NCBI GenBank assembly: GCA_018829245.1
Contig: JAHJUH010000067.1
Span: 1 to 44,502, forward strand
Source of the DNA: Patescibacteria group bacterium
Lineage (GTDB): Bacteria > Patescibacteriota > Minisyncoccia > Portnoybacterales > UBA2143
Length of the DNA: 44,502 nt
Reading direction: 5' to 3'
The notes under the pieces are model-generated. The model had not been told where the DNA came from, made no database searches, and worked only from the letters and a program-made list of their open reading frames with translations. Positions 40,819 to 44,502 of this stretch are shown here, piece by piece. How positions within the stretch are numbered: position 1 is the stretch's first letter; the number at the start of each line of letters is the position of its first letter. Position numbers and translations under genes: made by a program.

Positions 40819-41933
40819 AATTTATTGAAAATATTTTCCATCTTTTGAGCAACGCTATCCCAAGTATATTTTTCCCTAACTAGATTTAACCCATTATTGA
40901 TTAATGTTTCCCTAAGTTCATCATTCCCTAAAATTTCTTTAATCTTTTCGGCAATATCTTGAGGATTATTTACCTCACAAAACAAACCTGTTTTTCTGTC
41001 TTCCAAGAAATCAACTATTCCACCCACGGGCGTAGCGATAATTGGCACTCCAGCCGCCATTGCCTCTAGAAAAGAAATGCCTAGACCCTCAGATAAAGAA
41101 GCTCGAACAAAAACATCGGCTGAAGAATAGTATTTTGCTAAATCTCTATGATTAATCTCCCCTTCAAAAACAACTTTATCTTCAAGATTTAATTTTTTGG
41201 TTAAATTCTTTAACTCTTTTTCTTGTTCTCCACTTCCAATAATTATAATTTTAAATAAAAAATCTAAATATTGTCCGGCTTTAATTAAATCAGCTACGCC
41301 ATTTTTCTTGACTAGGCGAGAGACAGTTAAGATTTTGAGGTCCGACCTTTGCAAAGGTCGGACCTCAAAATCTGATCTAAATACATCTAAATCAACTCCA
41401 TTAGGGACAACTTTGATGGGACATTTTGCTCCCATATTTTTAGCCCAATTAGATAAAAAATTGCTAATCGCCTGGATATAGTCAGTTTGCTTAAAAATCT
41501 GATAAAACCAGTATTTAAAAATACCAACTTTTTTTAAAATTTCTTCTGGAGGATCACCTTCTTGGAGGGTTAATAGCCATGGTATATGAGGAAATTTTTT
41601 CTTAAAACGTAAACCTAAAAACCCACCGAAAGAGGCCATAATAGACCAAACTAGCTTATAATCTCTTTTTTTATTTAAACTTATTGCCTTTTTTAGACCT
41701 AGAAAAGGCAAGAGATATTTATCGAAATTAGAACCAAAACCAACCCGGTAAACATTAATATTATTAATTTTCTCTTCTTCTTTTAACTCTTTCTGTATTT
41801 TGGCTGTGATCATATCAAACTCAAAACCCTCAATTCGGTCTGTTATTTCCTTAACAGCCACTTCTGCCCCACCTATTAAAGGAAAATAAGCCGTAGAAAA
41901 AATTAAAACTTTTGGCACTTGATTATTGGCCAT
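40815..41933 (-). CDS. GT4 glycosyltransferase, first gene of the long minus-strand block
   Basis: YFPLIGGAE, LTLQEGD, PNGVD, VSRLVKKNG, EGLGISFLEAMAAG. Confidence 0.92.
   Translation of the reverse strand: MANNQVPKVLIFSTAYFPLIGGAEVAVKEITDRIEGFEFDMITAKIQKELKEEEKINNINVYRVGFGSNFDKYLLPFLGLKKAISLNKKRDYKLVWSIMASFGGFLGLRFKKKFPHIPWLLTLQEGDPPEEILKKVGIFKYWFYQIFKQTDYIQAISNFLSNWAKNMGAKCPIKVVPNGVDLDVFRSDFEVRPLQRSDLKILTVSRLVKKNGVADLIKAGQYLDFLFKIIIIGSGEQEKELKNLTKKLNLEDKVVFEGEINHRDLAKYYSSADVFVRASLSEGLGISFLEAMAAGVPIIATPVGGIVDFLEDRKTGLFCEVNNPQDIAEKIKEILGNDELRETLINNGLNLVREKYTWDSVAQKMENIFNKL
41330..41373. repeat. Perfect 44-bp palindrome inside a GT4 gene
   Basis: agattttgaggtccgacctttg|caaaggtcggacctcaaaatct: 22-bp arms, no spacer, checked base by base. 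Confidence 0.95.
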
Positions 41934-41955
41934 ATATGCTTTAATATACTATAAA
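41934..41955. promoter_or_regulatory. 22-nt divergent intergenic region with overlapping -10-like boxes
   Basis: TATACT (41945..41950, +) lies 5 nt before ATG 41956; TATATT (41948..41943, -) lies 9 nt before ATG 41933. No Shine-Dalgarno motif. Confidence 0.55.
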
Positions 41956-43143
41956 ATGACTAAAAATTCAACTTGCCTCGCCGAAGCAAGGCGTAGGCGG
42001 GTTCTATACATAATTACTAAATCTGTCTGGGGCGGGGCTGCTAAGTACGTCTATGACCTCTCAACTAACCTAATGAGTGGGTTTGATGTGGCTATAGCTG
42101 CTGGCCTGCCTCGTAGCAAGGCGGGTGGACAGGGTCAATTTTATAAAGAGGTAAAAAAAACCAATATCCCCTATTATCAAATCACCAATTTCCAACGAAC
42201 TATTAATCCCTTTAAGGATTTGTTCGCTTTTTTTGAGATTTTAAGCCTCCTTTTCCAGCTAAAGCCAGATATCATCCATGTTAATAGTTCTAAAGCCGGT
42301 GGTATTGTTGGTTTAGCTGGTTTGATTTATAAAGTATTTTATAATAAAGAAATTAAACTTGTTTTTACCGCTCATGGTTGGGCTTTTAATGAAGATCGTC
42401 CTCAATGGCAAATTAGTCTAATTAAATTCTTTAGCAAAGTAACTTCTTTATTTTATGACAAAATAATTTGTGTTTCTGAATATGATCGCCAAATGGCTCT
42501 TAAATATAAAATCGCGCCAGAAAGAAAATTAATTACTATTCATAATGGCATAGATATTAAAAATATTAATTTTCTTTCTAAAGAACAAGCTCAAAAAAAA
42601 TTAATCGGTCGAGAATCTCCTTTACTTATCGGCACAATTGCTGAATGGACTAAGAATAAAGGATTAATTTATTTAATTAAAGCGACTCAGATCCTCGAAT
42701 TAAAAGAAAAAGAATTTGATGTTATTCTCATCGGTAGCGGAGAAAATCCAGATAAAGAAAAAATGTATGATTATGATAAAAAATATAACTTGGATAATGT
42801 CCGCTTAATTGAATTTATGCCTGAGGCAATTAAGTATCTTAAAGGGTTTAATATCTTCATTCTTCCATCTCTTAAAGAAGGATTACCTTATACGATCATT
42901 GAAGCCATGGCCGCTCAGCTACCTATTATTGCCACTAATGTTGGTGGTATTCCAGAAATGATAGAGAATAATATTAATGGTATTTTAATAGAACCAAAAA
43001 ATCCCGATTTAATCGGGGAAAAAATTACTTATCTAATTAACAATCCAGAAAAAGCTCAAGTTATGGCTCAAAAAGCCAGACAAAAAGCAGAACAAAAATT
43101 CAGTTTGAATAAGATGATAGAAAAAACAAAAAAGCTATATTAA
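41956..43143 (+). CDS. GT4 glycosyltransferase carrying two in-frame hairpin insertions
   Basis: Start likely 41956 (avoids head-to-head overlap); WGGAA, HVNSSKAG, TAHGW, NGID, EGLPYTIIEAMAA. Confidence 0.92.
   Translation: MTKNSTCLAEARRRRVLYIITKSVWGGAAKYVYDLSTNLMSGFDVAIAAGLPRSKAGGQGQFYKEVKKTNIPYYQITNFQRTINPFKDLFAFFEILSLLFQLKPDIIHVNSSKAGGIVGLAGLIYKVFYNKEIKLVFTAHGWAFNEDRPQWQISLIKFFSKVTSLFYDKIICVSEYDRQMALKYKIAPERKLITIHNGIDIKNINFLSKEQAQKKLIGRESPLLIGTIAEWTKNKGLIYLIKATQILELKEKEFDVILIGSGENPDKEKMYDYDKKYNLDNVRLIEFMPEAIKYLKGFNIFILPSLKEGLPYTIIEAMAAQLPIIATNVGGIPEMIENNINGILIEPKNPDLIGEKITYLINNPEKAQVMAQKARQKAEQKFSLNKMIEKTKKLY
41972..42001 (+). repeat. 30-bp GC-rich hairpin element, in frame
   Basis: cttgcct-cgcc-gaagcaa-ggcg-t-aggcggg. 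Removal restores MTKNSILYIITK. Confidence 0.75.
42105..42125 (+). repeat. 21-bp GC-rich hairpin element, in frame, related to 41972..42001
   Basis: cctgcct-cgtagca-aggcggg. Removal restores AAGGQG. Confidence 0.75.
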
Positions 43144-43144
43144 A

Positions 43145-44502
43145 ATGAAAGTTATTCTTGTTTCCCCTTCATTTAATGTTCATACTGTTGCACCTCCTTT
43201 AGGACTAGGCTATATTGCCTCAGTCCTTTTGAATAATGGCCACCAAGTTGAAATACTAGATCCTTCAAAAGAAAAGCTGTCTCTTGATGAGATTACCGAG
43301 ATTATAATCACTAAAAATCCAGATGTCTTGGGTTTAAGTATCCTTACTCCCAGATATAATACTAGCAAAGAATTAATTGCTAAGGTTAAAGAAAAAGCAC
43401 CTCAAATTAAAATAATTGTTGGTGGCGCCCATATTTCTGCCTTGCCAGAAATATCAATTCAAGATATCAAAGCCGATTATGCTGCAGTCGGTGAAGGAGA
43501 ATACACTTTACTTGAACTTCTAGAACATCTTCAAGGAAATAGAAAATTAGAAGATATTCCTGGTTTGATATATTATCAAGATGGAATAATTAAATCTAAT
43601 CTTCGACGACCTAATATTGAAAACTTAGATTCAATTCCTTTCCCAGCTTGGCATTTAATGGATCCTCGTGAATATCCACCAATGCCCCATCAATTCTTTT
43701 TTAAAAAATATCCTGTCGCCCCAATCATGACTACTCGAGGTTGTCCTCATATCTGTAGTTTTTGTGCCGCAGAATCAATTTGGGGTAGGAAATATAGGAC
43801 TAGAAGCGTTAAAAATATTGTTGATGAAATTGAACTTTTAGTCACTAAGTATGGAGTTAAAGAAATACATATTGAAGATGATAACTTCACTTTAATTAAA
43901 AAACATGCCCTAGATGTTTGCAATGAGATAATTAGACGTAAATTAGATATTGTTTGGAAATGCCCTAATGGAGTCCGAGCTGATAGCTTAGACGATGAAT
44001 TGCTAGCCAAAATGAAAGAATCTGGTTGTTATCAATTAGCTTTTGGGATTGAATCAGGAAATCAAGAAATACTTAACAGTGTTAATAAACATCTAGACCT
44101 TAAGATTATACCTGAGGCAGTCAGAAGAGCTAAGGATGCTGGATTAGAGGTTCACGGGTTCTTTATGATTGGTTTCCCAAATGAAACATTTCAAACAGCC
44201 ATGGATACAATAAGATTTTCTAGGTCTATTGGTCTTGATGTAGCTAATTATGCTACCTTAGCTTATCTACCTGGGTCAGCTCTTTTTAGGGAATACATTA
44301 AAAACAAAAAAACCGACTCCATAGATTGGGGAAGTATTAACTATTATACACCCCAAGCTACGGTCGGCCTCACTTCAGATCAACTTAAAAAAATTCAAAG
44401 AAAAGCTTTACTTAGATTCTACTTTTCTCCGAAAGTCTTAATCGGTCATCTTTTTAAATTAAAACTTAAACAAATACCCTATTTACCCAAAGCCATGTTT
44501 AA
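43145..44502 (+). CDS. Cobalamin-binding radical SAM enzyme (RS-B12 #7), 3'-truncated by the window edge and missing from the ORF track
   Basis: Manual translation: MKVILVSP..PPLGLGYIAS..GGAH..GEGE..TRGCPHICSFC..DDNF..GIESG..IGFPNET; open to the window end. Confidence 0.9.
   Translation, partial: MKVILVSPSFNVHTVAPPLGLGYIASVLLNNGHQVEILDPSKEKLSLDEITEIIITKNPDVLGLSILTPRYNTSKELIAKVKEKAPQIKIIVGGAHISALPEISIQDIKADYAAVGEGEYTLLELLEHLQGNRKLEDIPGLIYYQDGIIKSNLRRPNIENLDSIPFPAWHLMDPREYPPMPHQFFFKKYPVAPIMTTRGCPHICSFCAAESIWGRKYRTRSVKNIVDEIELLVTKYGVKEIHIEDDNFTLIKKHALDVCNEIIRRKLDIVWKCPNGVRADSLDDELLAKMKESGCYQLAFGIESGNQEILNSVNKHLDLKIIPEAVRRAKDAGLEVHGFFMIGFPNETFQTAMDTIRFSRSIGLDVANYATLAYLPGSALFREYIKNKKTDSIDWGSINYYTPQATVGLTSDQLKKIQRKALLRFYFSPKVLIGHLFKLKLKQIPYLPKAMF

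Noticed and set aside
41926..41955. Track start 41926 (and the extended starts 4461, 27775, 30893, 37063, 39671)
   Set aside because: Downstream ATGs give family-typical N-termini and/or canonical stop-start coupling; the longer versions only add overlap.
38943..42125. The hairpins as rho-independent terminators or CRISPR repeats
   Set aside because: They sit mid-gene in frame, are not regularly spaced identical repeats, and there are no cas genes.
1098..44010. Short track ORFs (1098, 3914, 6083, 9427, 11484, 15864, 17331, 18501, 19497, 20085, 29845, 30819, 40082, 41197, 43747)
   Set aside because: All lie antisense to, or out of frame within, well-supported genes and show no recognisable motifs; treated as shadow ORFs.
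1640..44502. RiPP cluster (many B12-RS and SPASM enzymes, polytheonamide-like)
   Set aside because: No precursor peptide, RRE, peptidase or peptide exporter is present; the context is wholly glycosylation.
1640..44502. Literal BchE, hopanoid (HpnJ/HpnP) or tRNA methylthiotransferase annotation of the radical SAM genes
   Set aside because: No bch genes or squalene-hopene cyclase in the window and no MiaB-type UPF0004/TRAM architecture; the similarity is at fold level only.
1..44502. Alternative genetic code (TGA=Gly/Trp, or global TAG reassignment)
   Set aside because: TGA serves as the stop in many ATGA overlaps, TAG ends at least four genes, and genes are full length under code 11.

Overview
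AT-rich, gene-dense window occupied entirely by one large cell-surface glycan/glycoconjugate locus: 41 genes (two cut by the window edges) plus two unannotated pseudogene relics. Layout: a + strand block (<1..7871), a ~34 kb mostly translationally coupled - strand block (41933..7830) and a divergent + strand block (41956..>44502). It encodes 8 GT4, 4 GT2 and 4 GT-C-like membrane proteins, 3 candidate flippases, an AsnB-type amidotransferase, 2 sugar SDRs, a CE4 deacetylase and a nitroreductase. The unusual part is 16 SAM-dependent enzymes: 7 cobalamin-binding radical SAM, 2 twitch/SPASM radical SAM and 7 class I methyltransferases. Features the ORF track misses: four GC-rich, frame-preserving palindromic elements inside genes (38943..42125); a decayed duplicate of the wzx-methyltransferase-GT2 module (13405..14960); an in-frame TAG in one radical SAM gene; and a 22-nt divergent intergenic region with leaderless-type -10 boxes. 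The sequence style suggests a Patescibacteria/CPR host, but this is inference only and no marker gene is present. No RNA genes, CRISPR arrays or transposases were seen.
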